A program made the translations under genes and the position numbers. 64,000 nucleotides of DNA from an uncultured Chloroflexia bacterium (GTDB lineage: Bacteria; Chloroflexota; Limnocylindria; Limnocylindrales; CSP1-4), in contig CAWIYR010000001.1 of NCBI GenBank assembly GCA_963840375.1, positions 588,810 to 652,809 on the forward strand. Direction: 5' to 3'. Positions 10,227 to 19,708 of the stretch are shown here, piece by piece. Every line of letters starts with the position of its first letter. The first letter of the stretch is position 1. A model generated the notes under the pieces. That model searched no databases. It was given only the letters and a program-made list of their open reading frames with translations, and had not been told where the DNA came from.

Positions 10227-12408
10227 ATGCGACGGTTCATCCTCCAGGTCGCCGTCGACACGATCTCGCTCGTCGGCGCGATCCTGCTCCTGCAGCTCTT
10301 CAGCGTTCCTCAGCCGTTCCCGTTCGGTACCGCGTCCGTGCCGATCGTCCAGGTCGAGAGCAGCCGGCTGATCTTCTTCGTGGTGGCCGGACTCGGCCTG
10401 ACCCTCGGCAATATGGTCATCCGACCGGTCCTCGTCGCGTTCATGGGCCGCGTCCTGCTCTGGTCGTTCGGCCTGTTCTCGGTGGTCATCACGGCCCTGG
10501 TGCTCATCATCGTCGGGCGGTTCACGCCGCTTCAGCTCCAGATCGCGGCGCCCTGGCTGCTCTGGGTGCTCGTCGGAGCGGGCCTGGTCCAGCTCTTCGA
10601 CTCGATCCTGAACGCCATCCTCGGCCTCACCCGCCCCTCGGCAGCGCCCGGCCGCCGGATGACCGGCGTCTGGACGATCCTCGACGCGCTGCCGACCCCG
10701 CGGCGGAACGCGATCATCGAGAACCTGCGCCTCCAGCAGGTCTACGACACGCTCATCCGGTTCGCGGTCGAGATCACGGTCGACCGCACCCCGCTGCGCC
10801 GGATCCGGCTCTGGTCCGAGCGGAACCTGCTGCGGGAGATGGACCCGATCGCCGGCTTGAGCACGCCCCAGAAAGTCGCGGTCATGCTCCAGCAGCTCGG
10901 TCCCACCTACGTGAAGATCGGCCAGATGGCGGCCAGCCAGGGCGCGTCCCTGCCGCCCGAATGGGCCGACGAGCTCGCCCGCCTCCAGAGCGACGTCGCT
11001 CCGTTCCCGTACGAGCAGGCCAGCGAGATCATCGCCAAGCAGCTCGGCAAGCCGCCCGAGGAGATCTTCGCGACCTTCGACCACGAGCCGTTCGCCGCGG
11101 CCTCGACCGCCCAGGTCCATCGGGCCACCCTGGCCGACGGGAGCGAGGTGGCGGTCAAGGTCCAGCGGCCGGAGATCCAGGCGATGACGAAGGCCGACCT
11201 GGGGGTGATGCAGGAGGTCAGCCGGGTCGCCGAGCGCCGCTCCTCGTTCGCTCGCAAGCTGGGCGTCCATTCGATCGTCACCGAGTTCGCATCGGGCGTC
11301 CTGCGCGAGCTCGACTACCGCAACGAGGCCTACCAGGCCCGCCGGCTCCAGGACGGCATGGCGAAGTTCGGCAACGTCGGGGTCCCGAACGTGTACGGCG
11401 CCCTGAGCGGCGAGCGGGTCCTCACGATGGAGTTCATCCGCGGGATCAAGATCAGCGACGTCGACAAAGCTCGATGCCGCGGGTCTGGACAAGCCGACCC
11501 TCGGCCGCGCATTCATCCGAGCGCTCATCAAGCAGGTCCTCATCGACGGGTTCTTCCACGGCGACCCCCACCCGGGCAACCTGTTCGTGGTCCCCGAGAC
11601 CGGGCGCATCGTCTTCATCGACTGCGGCCTCGTCGGCCAGCTCGACAGCCAGCAGCGGACGGACCTGCTCGACCTGATCTACTCGCTCAAGGTCCACGAC
11701 TTCGCGAGCGTCGCGACCGTGGTCATCCGCCTCAGCACCAAGGCACCTCACTTCGACGAGGCGGAGTTCCGGACCGACCTCGACCGCAAGCTCCGCCAGT
11801 TCCTGGTCTACGGCGACGACACCGACATCTCGACCGGGCTCTCGTCGATGCTCTCGACGGTCTACAACAGCGGCCTCCGGCTCGACCCCAACCTGACGAT
11901 GGCGATCAAGGCGATCATCCAGGCGACCGAGACCGCGGCGATCATCGCCCCGCACATCGACATCGCCGACGCCGCCGTCGTCGAGGCGCGCGAGGCGCTC
12001 ATGGCCCAGCTCACGCCGGACGGGATCCGGGCGACCGCCGAGACCAAGGCGCTGCAGGTGGGCAAGGAGCTCGTCCGCCGGGCCCCCACCCTGGAGGCTG
12101 CAGCGTGGAGCTGGCTCGACCAGTTCGGCCGGGGCAAGCTGGTCGTGGAAGTCGACACGACCGACCTGGGCAACCAGTTCGAGAAGCTCAACTCCATCGG
12201 ACGACGGCTGACGACCGGGATGATCGTCGTGGGTCAGCTCATCGGGACGGCGATCTTCGCGGTCGTGACCCTGCAGCCCCAGATGGCGGCCAGCCTCGGG
12301 TTCGTCCCGGGACTCGCGGTCACGGCCTTCGTCGCGTCGCTGGTCTACAGCTTCTACATCCTGCTCAGGTCGGAGGCGGGCGGCGGCGGTCGCGGTCGCA
12401 GCGACTGA
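10227..12408 (+). pseudogene. YvlD/phage-holin-superfamily-IV-like membrane domain fused to ABC1/UbiB atypical kinase, with a +1 frameshift at about 11467 (real or assembly error)
   Basis: N-terminal 4-TM region (GNMVIRPVL...SFGLFSVVI), then LGPTYVKIGQ, AASTAQVH, AVKVQRP, ELDYRNEA. Removing one A from GACAAAGCTC restores DKLDAAGLD...GFFHGDPHPGN...IDCG and about 726 aa. Confidence 0.85.
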
Positions 12409-12449
12409 TCGGACGCGACCCGCCGGTCGGCGGCGACGCAGTCCCGGAC

Positions 12450-12968
12450 CTAGCGGCTCGGGCCGAACAGGAGGTCCAGCCAGACGTCGAGCGGCGCGCT
12501 GTGCGCGGCGACGGCCCCCAATCGCACGCCTGCCGAGCCCGGCGCATCCGCGGGCAGGGGCGACGCATCGGGACCGAGCGTGAACGGTCGCTCCGTCCGG
12601 GCGCCGAGCCCGTAGGCACGGGCCTGCTGCTCGATGAACGACTGTCGGCCGATGAGGTCGAGCTCCTTCTGGAGATCGTCGACCTGGCTGACCAGGGTGG
12701 CGTTGTCGAGTCGCAGCCGGTCCGCCCGATCGGTGGCCGCCGCCGCGTCCCCGACCTGGCGCGCGAAGACCGCGACGATCCAGACCGAGACGATGGCCGC
12801 CAGCAGCCAGGCGACCCGCCGGCGGCTGAGACCGGCGATCGAGAGCCCCGAGAGGTCGGGGGCCGAGAACCCCGTGCCCGCCGGATCGGGAACGGTCGCC
12901 GGACCGCCGCGCTCCTCGGCGGGCTCGTCCTGGCTCGGCGGCGTGGATCGCGCCCGCTTCGGCTCCAT
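12450..12968 (-). CDS. Septum formation initiator family protein (FtsB/DivIC-like)
   Basis: One TM segment, then a coiled coil (LRLDNATLVSQVDDLQKEL), then FIEQQARAYGLG. Confidence 0.75.
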   Translation of the reverse strand: MEPKRARSTPPSQDEPAEERGGPATVPDPAGTGFSAPDLSGLSIAGLSRRRVAWLLAAIVSVWIVAVFARQVGDAAAATDRADRLRLDNATLVSQVDDLQKELDLIGRQSFIEQQARAYGLGARTERPFTLGPDASPLPADAPGSAGVRLGAVAAHSAPLDVWLDLLFGPSR

Positions 12969-13072
12969 CGCGAATCACCCTAGCTGCGACCGCGGAGCCT
13001 GTCAAATCGGGCCCACCGTGACAGCCGAGCTGGCACACGCACGAGCGACGGTGCGCTAGACTCGGGGCGGTT

Positions 13073-13088
13073 TCGTACATCCGTTCGA
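13073..13088. promoter_or_regulatory. Putative LexA (SOS) box
   Basis: TCGTAC-ATCC-GTTCGA is one mismatch from TCGAAC-N4-GTTCGA. It sits between -10 TAGACT (13057-13062) and the AGGAGG SD of a DNA repair helicase gene. Confidence 0.7.
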
Positions 13089-13109
13089 TATCGCAGGAGG
13101 TCGACCGAC

Positions 13110-15482
13110 ATGCGTCGCTATGCCCCCGCCCCGGTCGAGTCCGTCCTGGCCGGCCTGCTCGAGGAGCCAAGCCTCGCGGCGGGCGTCCTCCATCACGAGG
13201 TGATCGCCGCCCGCCCGGCACGGACCGCGCCGATCCCGGACTGGCTCGACCCGCGGATCCGGCGGGGCCTGGCCGGGCGGGGCATCGAGACCCTCTACAC
13301 CCACCAGGCGGAGGCGATCGAGGCGGTCCGGGCCGGTCGCGACGTCGTCGTCGTCACGCCCACGGCGTCGGGCAAGACCCTGTGCTACACGCTGCCGGTC
13401 CTCCAGGCCCTGGCCGAGGATCCGTCGGCCCGGGCCCTCTTCCTGTTCCCGACCAAGGCCCTCGGCCAGGACCAGGTGGCCGAGTTCGCAGAGCTCGCCC
13501 GGGGCGCCGAGCTGGGCATCTCCGCCGCGACCTACGACGGCGACACGCCGGCGCCGATCCGCTCCGCGATCCGGACGGCGGGCCAGGTCGTGGTGACGAA
13601 CCCGGACATGCTCCACGCCGCGATCCTCCCCCACCACACGAAGTGGTTCCAGCTCTTCGAGCAGCTCCGGATCATCGTCATCGATGAGCTCCACACCTAC
13701 CGGGGGATCTTCGGCAGCCACGTGGCGAACGTCCTCCGCCGGTTGCTCCGGCTGTGCGCCCATTACGGCTCGCACCCGATCGTCGTCTGTTGCTCGGCCA
13801 CGATCGGCAACCCGGCCGAGCTGGCCGCCACCCTGACCGGTCGGGACGCCCGGCTGGTCGACCGGAACGGCGCCCCCTCCGGCGAGCGTCACGTCCTGCT
13901 GGTCGAGCCGCCGCTCCTGGATCGGGCGACTGGCGCGCGTGGCTCGGCCCTGAGCGCCGCCGATCGCTGGGCCCTGCCCTTCCTTCGGGCCGGCCGCCAG
14001 ACGATCGTCTTCGGGCGGTCACGGACGGCCGTGGAGATCCTCCTCACGGGCCTGCGCGAGGCGCTTCGGGAGGGCGCGGGACCGCGCTCCCGGATCCGCG
14101 GTTACCGGGGCGGCTACCTGCCGACCGAGCGACGGTCGATCGAGCGTGGGCTCCGCGACGGCGAGGTCCTCGGGGTCGTCAGCACCAACGCCCTCGAGCT
14201 CGGAGTGGACATCGGCCGGCTCGACGTGGCGATCCTGGCCGGCTACCCGGGGTCGGTCGCCGCCACCTGGCAGCAGATCGGTCGAGCCGGTCGACGCCAG
14301 GGCGTCAGCGTCGGGATCCTCGTCGCGTCGGGCGCACCGGTCGACCGCTACGTGGTCAACCATCCGAAGTTCCTCCTCGAAGGCTCGCCCGAGGAGGCCC
14401 GACTCGACCCGGACAACCTCCACGTCCTGCTCGCCCACCTCAAGGCCGCCACGTTCGAGCTGCCCTTCGAGCCGGGCGAGGTCTTCGGGCCGGCTCCGGC
14501 CGACGACCTCCTCGCCTTCCTCGCCGAGGAGGGTCACGTCCGCCAGGCCGGCGACGGGCGGTGGTACTGGTCGAGCGAGAACTTCCCGGCCTCGGAGATC
14601 TCGCTCCGGACCGCCGCCCCGGAGAACGTCGTGATCGTCGACACGACCCCCGATCGGCCACGGGTCATCGGGGAGGTGGACCTGTTCTCGGCCCAGGTCC
14701 TCGTCCACGAGCAGGCCATCTACCTCCACGAGTCGGTCCAGTACCACGTGGACCGGCTCGACTGGCACGAGCGGAAGGCGTACGTCCGCCGGGTCGACGC
14801 GGACTACTACACGTACGCCAATCGGGCCGTGACCCTCAAGCCGCTCGACGTCTTCGCCGAGGCGCCCCGGACGGGCGGTCGACGGGTCCACGGCGAGGTG
14901 ATGGTCGCCAGCCTCGTCACCCTGTTCAAGAAGCTCAAGTTCGGGACCGACGAGAACGTCGGCTGGGGGCCGATCGACCTGCCCGAGCTCGAGCTCCAGA
15001 CGACGGCCGCCTGGTTCGTCGTCGACCCGGGGATCGTCGACCGGGGATCCGTCGGGAACTGGCGCCGGGACGAGCTCGATGTCGCGCTCATCGGGGCCGG
15101 CCGAGCGATCCAGGCCGTCGCCAGCGTCCTGCTGATGGTCGACCCGCGCGACCTCGGCCTGGTCAGTCAGGTCCGCTCGCCCCACCACGAGGCGCCGACG
15201 ATCTATCTCTACGAGGCCGTCCCGGGTGGGGTCGGACTCTCGGAGCGGCTCTTCGAGCGGACCGACGAGCTCATCGACGGCGCCGCCGACCTCATCGCCC
15301 GATGTCCCTGCGACGCCGGCTGCCCCGCCTGCACCGGCCCGCGACTCGAGCCGGAGGTGGACGCCAAGGCCCTCGCGCTCCGGCTCCTCGCCGTCCTCGG
15401 AGCGTCCTCCGTTGGCCCGAGGACCGGACGCCCCGTGTCGCCTGCGGCCGCCGGCGGCGCGGCCGACCGGGGCGCGGCGTGA
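13110..15482 (+). CDS. mrfA: DEAD/DEAH helicase with C-terminal DUF1998 (MrfA/SftH/Hrq1 family)
   Basis: TPTASGKT, FPTKALGQDQ, DELH, SATIGNP, ELGVDIG, QQIGRAGR and the terminal CPCDAGCPAC motif. Confidence 0.92.
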   Translation: MRRYAPAPVESVLAGLLEEPSLAAGVLHHEVIAARPARTAPIPDWLDPRIRRGLAGRGIETLYTHQAEAIEAVRAGRDVVVVTPTASGKTLCYTLPVLQALAEDPSARALFLFPTKALGQDQVAEFAELARGAELGISAATYDGDTPAPIRSAIRTAGQVVVTNPDMLHAAILPHHTKWFQLFEQLRIIVIDELHTYRGIFGSHVANVLRRLLRLCAHYGSHPIVVCCSATIGNPAELAATLTGRDARLVDRNGAPSGERHVLLVEPPLLDRATGARGSALSAADRWALPFLRAGRQTIVFGRSRTAVEILLTGLREALREGAGPRSRIRGYRGGYLPTERRSIERGLRDGEVLGVVSTNALELGVDIGRLDVAILAGYPGSVAATWQQIGRAGRRQGVSVGILVASGAPVDRYVVNHPKFLLEGSPEEARLDPDNLHVLLAHLKAATFELPFEPGEVFGPAPADDLLAFLAEEGHVRQAGDGRWYWSSENFPASEISLRTAAPENVVIVDTTPDRPRVIGEVDLFSAQVLVHEQAIYLHESVQYHVDRLDWHERKAYVRRVDADYYTYANRAVTLKPLDVFAEAPRTGGRRVHGEVMVASLVTLFKKLKFGTDENVGWGPIDLPELELQTTAAWFVVDPGIVDRGSVGNWRRDELDVALIGAGRAIQAVASVLLMVDPRDLGLVSQVRSPHHEAPTIYLYEAVPGGVGLSERLFERTDELIDGAADLIARCPCDAGCPACTGPRLEPEVDAKALALRLLAVLGASSVGPRTGRPVSPAAAGGAADRGAA

Positions 15483-16849
15483 CGAGCGCGACCCTGCTCG
15501 GGCGACGGCTCGCCGACCTGCGCCGCGAGCGCGATCGGACGCTGGGCGCCGGCCATCCTCCACCGGACCGGCCCCCAGCCGGCGAGCGGACCGTGCGCGG
15601 GACGCCCCCGGCGGGGCGCGAGGCGGGCCTGGTCGAGCGGAGCGAGGACCTCGCTCGCCGGCTCGCTGCGGCGGTCGACGGGGAGTGGATCCGTGGCCGC
15701 GTCGGCGGTTACGTCCGGGTCGAGATGGCGCCGGTCCGCCTGCCGGTCGATCGTGAGCGGCTGGCCGGGCTGCCGGGCGCCGCGCCGGCCGGGGTCCCGC
15801 TCGTCTGCCTCGACATCGAGACCACCGGTCTGGCGACGGGGACGGGAACGGTCGCCTTCCTCGTCGGGATCGGGTCGTGGTCCGGGGACCGGTTCCGGCA
15901 GGTCCAGTTCCTGCTCCCCGACCACGCCGAGGAGCCGGCCCTGCTCGACGCCCTCGCGGCGGCGATCCCGCCCGAGGCATGGCTGGTGACCTACAACGGA
16001 CGCGGGTTCGACTGGCCCCTTCTCGTGACTCGCTACCGGATGACCCGTCGGACGCCGCCGGACCACGCCGGGCACCTGGACCTGCTGCCGTTCGTCCGCC
16101 GGGTCTTCCGCCACCGGATGACCGACGCTCGTCTGCGCACGGTCGAGACCGAACTCCTGGGGCTCGACCGCGGTCCGGATGTCGACGGCTGGGAGATCCC
16201 CGGGCGGTATCTCGACTTCCTCCGGGGCGGATCCCCTGCGCCGCTGGTCGAGGTCGTCCGGCACAACCACGAGGATGTCCGATCGCTCGCCCGCCTCCTC
16301 GGCCACATCGAGGACAGCCTCGGCGACGTCGACGTCCGCCGCGAGGCGCCGGCCGGGGATCTCGCCGGGCTGGCCCGGGCCTACCGACGGCTCGGCCGGG
16401 CGGGCGAGGCGCTCGACTGCCTCGACGTGGCGCTCGAGGCCGGGCCGGGCCGGACGTCGAGCGCACGGACGTGGACGGTCCTCCTGACCACCCGAGCGGA
16501 TGCGCCAGACGCGCGCACCCCGGTGGCAGGTCACGACCGCGACGGGCTCCTCGTCGAGCGGGCTCGGATCCTGCGCCGGCTCGGTCGCGAGGACGACGCC
16601 CTGGTGGCCTGGCGGGATGTCGCGCTCGGCGGCGGGTCGTGGGCAGGGGTCGCCTGGATCGAGGTGGCGAAGATCCTCGAGCACCGGAAGCGCGACCCGG
16701 CCGCCGCGCTCGACGCCTGCGGCCGGGCGACCCGGATCGCCGAGCGGTCCCGTGCCCTGGGCCACGATCTGCCCGGCCTGGAGGCCGACCTCGGGCGTCG
16801 TCGGCGCCGGCTCCTGCGACGCCTCGCCCGGACGCCCGGTCGGCCCTGA
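15479..16849 (+). CDS. mrfB: RNase H-like DEDDh exonuclease with C-terminal TPR-like region (MrfB/YprB family)
   Basis: GTGA overlap with the helicase stop. CLDIETTGL, VTYNGRGFDWP, HLDLL, HNHEDV, and WIEVAKILEH at the C-terminus. Confidence 0.88.
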   Translation: MTSATLLGRRLADLRRERDRTLGAGHPPPDRPPAGERTVRGTPPAGREAGLVERSEDLARRLAAAVDGEWIRGRVGGYVRVEMAPVRLPVDRERLAGLPGAAPAGVPLVCLDIETTGLATGTGTVAFLVGIGSWSGDRFRQVQFLLPDHAEEPALLDALAAAIPPEAWLVTYNGRGFDWPLLVTRYRMTRRTPPDHAGHLDLLPFVRRVFRHRMTDARLRTVETELLGLDRGPDVDGWEIPGRYLDFLRGGSPAPLVEVVRHNHEDVRSLARLLGHIEDSLGDVDVRREAPAGDLAGLARAYRRLGRAGEALDCLDVALEAGPGRTSSARTWTVLLTTRADAPDARTPVAGHDRDGLLVERARILRRLGREDDALVAWRDVALGGGSWAGVAWIEVAKILEHRKRDPAAALDACGRATRIAERSRALGHDLPGLEADLGRRRRRLLRRLARTPGRP

Positions 16850-16954
16850 CCCGGCCCGGGCCGGTGGTAGAGTCGGGCTGCCGCGCCGGCCCACGGCCGC
16901 TGGGGCCTTGCCGGTCGGCCCGGCCGCGACACTCGTAGCCACCCGGAGCCATCG

Positions 16955-18241
16955 ATGACCCGCTTCGACCCGCTCGTCCTTCGCCCGGAGTTCCCTGCGC
17001 TCGCAGGGGCCGGCGGGGGTCGGACCCCGGCCTTCTTCGATGGACCGGGCGGGACCCAGGTGCCGCAGCGTGTGATCGACGCCGTCGGCGACTACTACCG
17101 CCGCTCGAATGCGAACCAGGGCGGAGCCTTCGCCACGAGCGAGCGGAGTGACGTGATCGTCGAGGAGGCTCGGGCAGCGGTCGCCGACCTCTACGGGGCC
17201 GCCTCGGCGGACGAGATCCACTTCGGCCCGAACATGACGACCCTCACCTTCCACCTCAGCCGGGCCATCGGCGCGGCGCTCGCTCCCGGTGACGAGATCG
17301 TCGTCACGACCCTCGACCACGAGGCCAACGTCGGGCCGTGGGAGTCGATCGCCCGCGACCGTGGGCTCGTCATCCGCAAGGTGGACATCCGGGCCGACGA
17401 CATCACCCTCGACCTCGACGACCTCGACGCCAAGCTCGGTCCCCGGACCCGACTCGTGGCGGTCGGCTATGCGTCGAACGCGGTCGGCACGATCAACCCG
17501 GTCCGCGAGATCGTCGAGCGAGCGCACGCCGTCGGCGCCTGGTCGTACATCGATGCCGTGGCGTACGCGCCGCACGGGCCGATCGACCTCGAGACGCTCG
17601 ACACCGACTTCCTCGTCTCCTCGCCCTACAAGTGGTACGGACCCCACGCCGGTGCCCTGTACGCGCGGGCCGAGGTCCTGGCCGCCCTCCCCCGCTACAA
17701 GCTGCGACCCGCCCACGATGCCGTCGAGACCGGGACCCAGAGCTTCGAGGCGATCGCCGGCGTCGGTGCCGCCGTCGAGTACCTCGCCTCGGTCGGCGAT
17801 CGCTTCGGTGGGCCATACGTGCAGCGCTACCCGGCGGCGACCGGCCGCCGTCTCCGGCTGCTCAGCGCGATGGCGGCGATCCGGGAGTACGAGGCGGGCC
17901 TGCACGATCGGCTGATGGCCGGCCTGCGCGAGATCCGCGGCGTGAGGATCCGGGGCATCACCGACACCGCCCGATTCCCCGACGAGAAGGCGCCGACGGT
18001 CTCGGTCACCCTTGACCGGGTCGCGCCGCGCGAGGCTGCCCGGCTCCTCGGCGAGGTCGGGATCTACGCCTGGGACGGGGACTTCTACGCCCAGGGCCTG
18101 GTCGAGCGGCTGGGCCTGGCCGAGCAGGGTGGCCTGCTCCGTCTCGGGATCGCCCACTACACCACGTTCGAGGAGATCGACCGGCTGCTCGAACGCCTCG
18201 AGGCGATCGCGGTCCAGCCGGCGGGCGTCCCGCCTGGCTAG
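16955..18241 (+). CDS. Cysteine desulfurase-like class V aminotransferase (Rv3778c-like family)
   Basis: FFDGPGGTQVP, LDHEAN, IDAVAYAPH, SPYKWYGPH and ETGT motifs. Confidence 0.9.
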   Translation: MTRFDPLVLRPEFPALAGAGGGRTPAFFDGPGGTQVPQRVIDAVGDYYRRSNANQGGAFATSERSDVIVEEARAAVADLYGAASADEIHFGPNMTTLTFHLSRAIGAALAPGDEIVVTTLDHEANVGPWESIARDRGLVIRKVDIRADDITLDLDDLDAKLGPRTRLVAVGYASNAVGTINPVREIVERAHAVGAWSYIDAVAYAPHGPIDLETLDTDFLVSSPYKWYGPHAGALYARAEVLAALPRYKLRPAHDAVETGTQSFEAIAGVGAAVEYLASVGDRFGGPYVQRYPAATGRRLRLLSAMAAIREYEAGLHDRLMAGLREIRGVRIRGITDTARFPDEKAPTVSVTLDRVAPREAARLLGEVGIYAWDGDFYAQGLVERLGLAEQGGLLRLGIAHYTTFEEIDRLLERLEAIAVQPAGVPPG

Positions 18242-19221
18242 CCGGCGTCCCGATCGACCCCGACCCGGTCCGCCGGCACGGGCCGGACCAGCCGGCGGAG
18301 ATCGTTGCCGACCATCCGCGCCAGCGTCGCGGCGCGATCCGGCACGGCGGACAACCCCGGTCCTTCCACCACCAGCGATCCCGCCGCGGCCGCGAAGCGG
18401 ACCTCGGGGTGGGAGCGGGACCGACGCCGGCCGCCGAGGGTGTGATGGACCACGGTCGCCAGGAGGGCGGCGAGGAACGTGTCGCCGGCTCCGGTCGGGT
18501 CGACCTCCCGGCCGGATGGGATCGATCGATAGCCGAGGACGGCGTCATCGTCCACTCCCCCGACCGTGACGACGAGCCCACCCTCGCCGCCCCGGGTCAC
18601 GACCAGCCGGGCCCCGGGTTTCAGATAGCCGGTCAGCGCCTCGATCGGCGTGGTCGGGTCGACGTCGTGGTGGCTGACCCCGACGAGGTCCGCCCGGCGC
18701 AGCAGGGCCGACGGCTCGGGCCGACGGGGGGTCACCCGCTGACCGGCCACGAGCGTGCGCAGGAAGCCCTGCCAGGCGACCCCGAGATAGGCCCCGCCGG
18801 GCACCGCCTCCGCCCAGGCGTCGTCGATCTCGCCGGCCACCGGCTCCAGACCCCAGGCCGGGGCCGACCACCACGACTCGGGGAGCTCAGGGATCGGCAT
18901 CGACCGTCCGGCGACGACACACGTCTGGACCCGCCCGCCGGGGCTCTCGACGTTGTGGAAGACCGGCCCCTCGTCGAGGTCGATCGGCAGGATGTCGACC
19001 CCGGCGTCGCGCAGGAGGTCGAGCTCGGCCGCGGTGCGCGCCGCCCGATCGACGCCGACGACCGCCGCCGTCCGGAGACCCAGCCGCGCGGTGGTCAGCG
19101 CCGCGTACGTGACGCCCCCTCCCAGCCGCCAGCCCCGCGGATCCTCGGCCAGGATGTCCCGACAGGCCGACCCCACGTGGACGATCTCGGGACCGCGCCG
19201 ACGCGACGCGCGGTCAGCCAC
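18238..19221 (-). CDS. PfkB family carbohydrate kinase
   Basis: LGGGVTY, VTRGGEG and DPTGAGDTF motifs. Confidence 0.88.
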   Translation of the reverse strand: MADRASRRRGPEIVHVGSACRDILAEDPRGWRLGGGVTYAALTTARLGLRTAAVVGVDRAARTAAELDLLRDAGVDILPIDLDEGPVFHNVESPGGRVQTCVVAGRSMPIPELPESWWSAPAWGLEPVAGEIDDAWAEAVPGGAYLGVAWQGFLRTLVAGQRVTPRRPEPSALLRRADLVGVSHHDVDPTTPIEALTGYLKPGARLVVTRGGEGGLVVTVGGVDDDAVLGYRSIPSGREVDPTGAGDTFLAALLATVVHHTLGGRRRSRSHPEVRFAAAAGSLVVEGPGLSAVPDRAATLARMVGNDLRRLVRPVPADRVGVDRDAG

Positions 19222-19252
19222 CCCGCGAGCCGGTCAGGGGTATCGTGAGGCC

Positions 19253-19684
19253 ATGCACTACTACGAGCTCCACGAGGGGGACGACGAGGTCTTCGGCGAC
19301 ATCATGCTCGTCCACGACGAGCTGTTCGAGCCGGACGAGTTCTTCGAGATGGTCCAGGCGGCCCGGCGACGCGTCCAGGACGTCCATGCCCACGATACCC
19401 TCATCGAGGCCATCGCCGAGTCGCTCGAGAACGAGTACGGCTTCACCTCCGTCACCGACGATCGCCTGTCGGCCTCGGTCTACGTGTCGCCGATCGACGA
19501 GGAGAACGCGATCGTCCCGGTCGGCATCTTCGCGCCCGAGCCCGAGTGGGGCGAGGACGACGAGGGCGAGCCGGTCAACGACGACGATGACGACGAGGAG
19601 GGCTCCATCTCGCTCGAGGAGCTGCCCGACTACATCACGATCGTCGCCGAGCTCCGACCCGACGGCAGCCCGCTGCCGAATTGA
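19253..19684 (+). CDS. Hypothetical, extremely acidic 143-aa protein
   Basis: MHYYELHEGDDEVFGD... with strong GC3 codon bias. -10 TATCGT lies 6 nt before the ATG (leaderless). Confidence 0.8.
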   Translation: MHYYELHEGDDEVFGDIMLVHDELFEPDEFFEMVQAARRRVQDVHAHDTLIEAIAESLENEYGFTSVTDDRLSASVYVSPIDEENAIVPVGIFAPEPEWGEDDEGEPVNDDDDDEEGSISLEELPDYITIVAELRPDGSPLPN

Positions 19685-19708
19685 CCGGCCGGGGGCCGAC
19701 CGCTCCCG

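Noticed and set aside
13110-16849. DUF1998 helicase as DISARM, Druantia or Dpd defence
   Set aside because: It is a single-chain helicase-DUF1998 paired with a DEDDh exonuclease and an SOS-like box, which is the MrfAB repair arrangement. No methylase or PLD genes are present.
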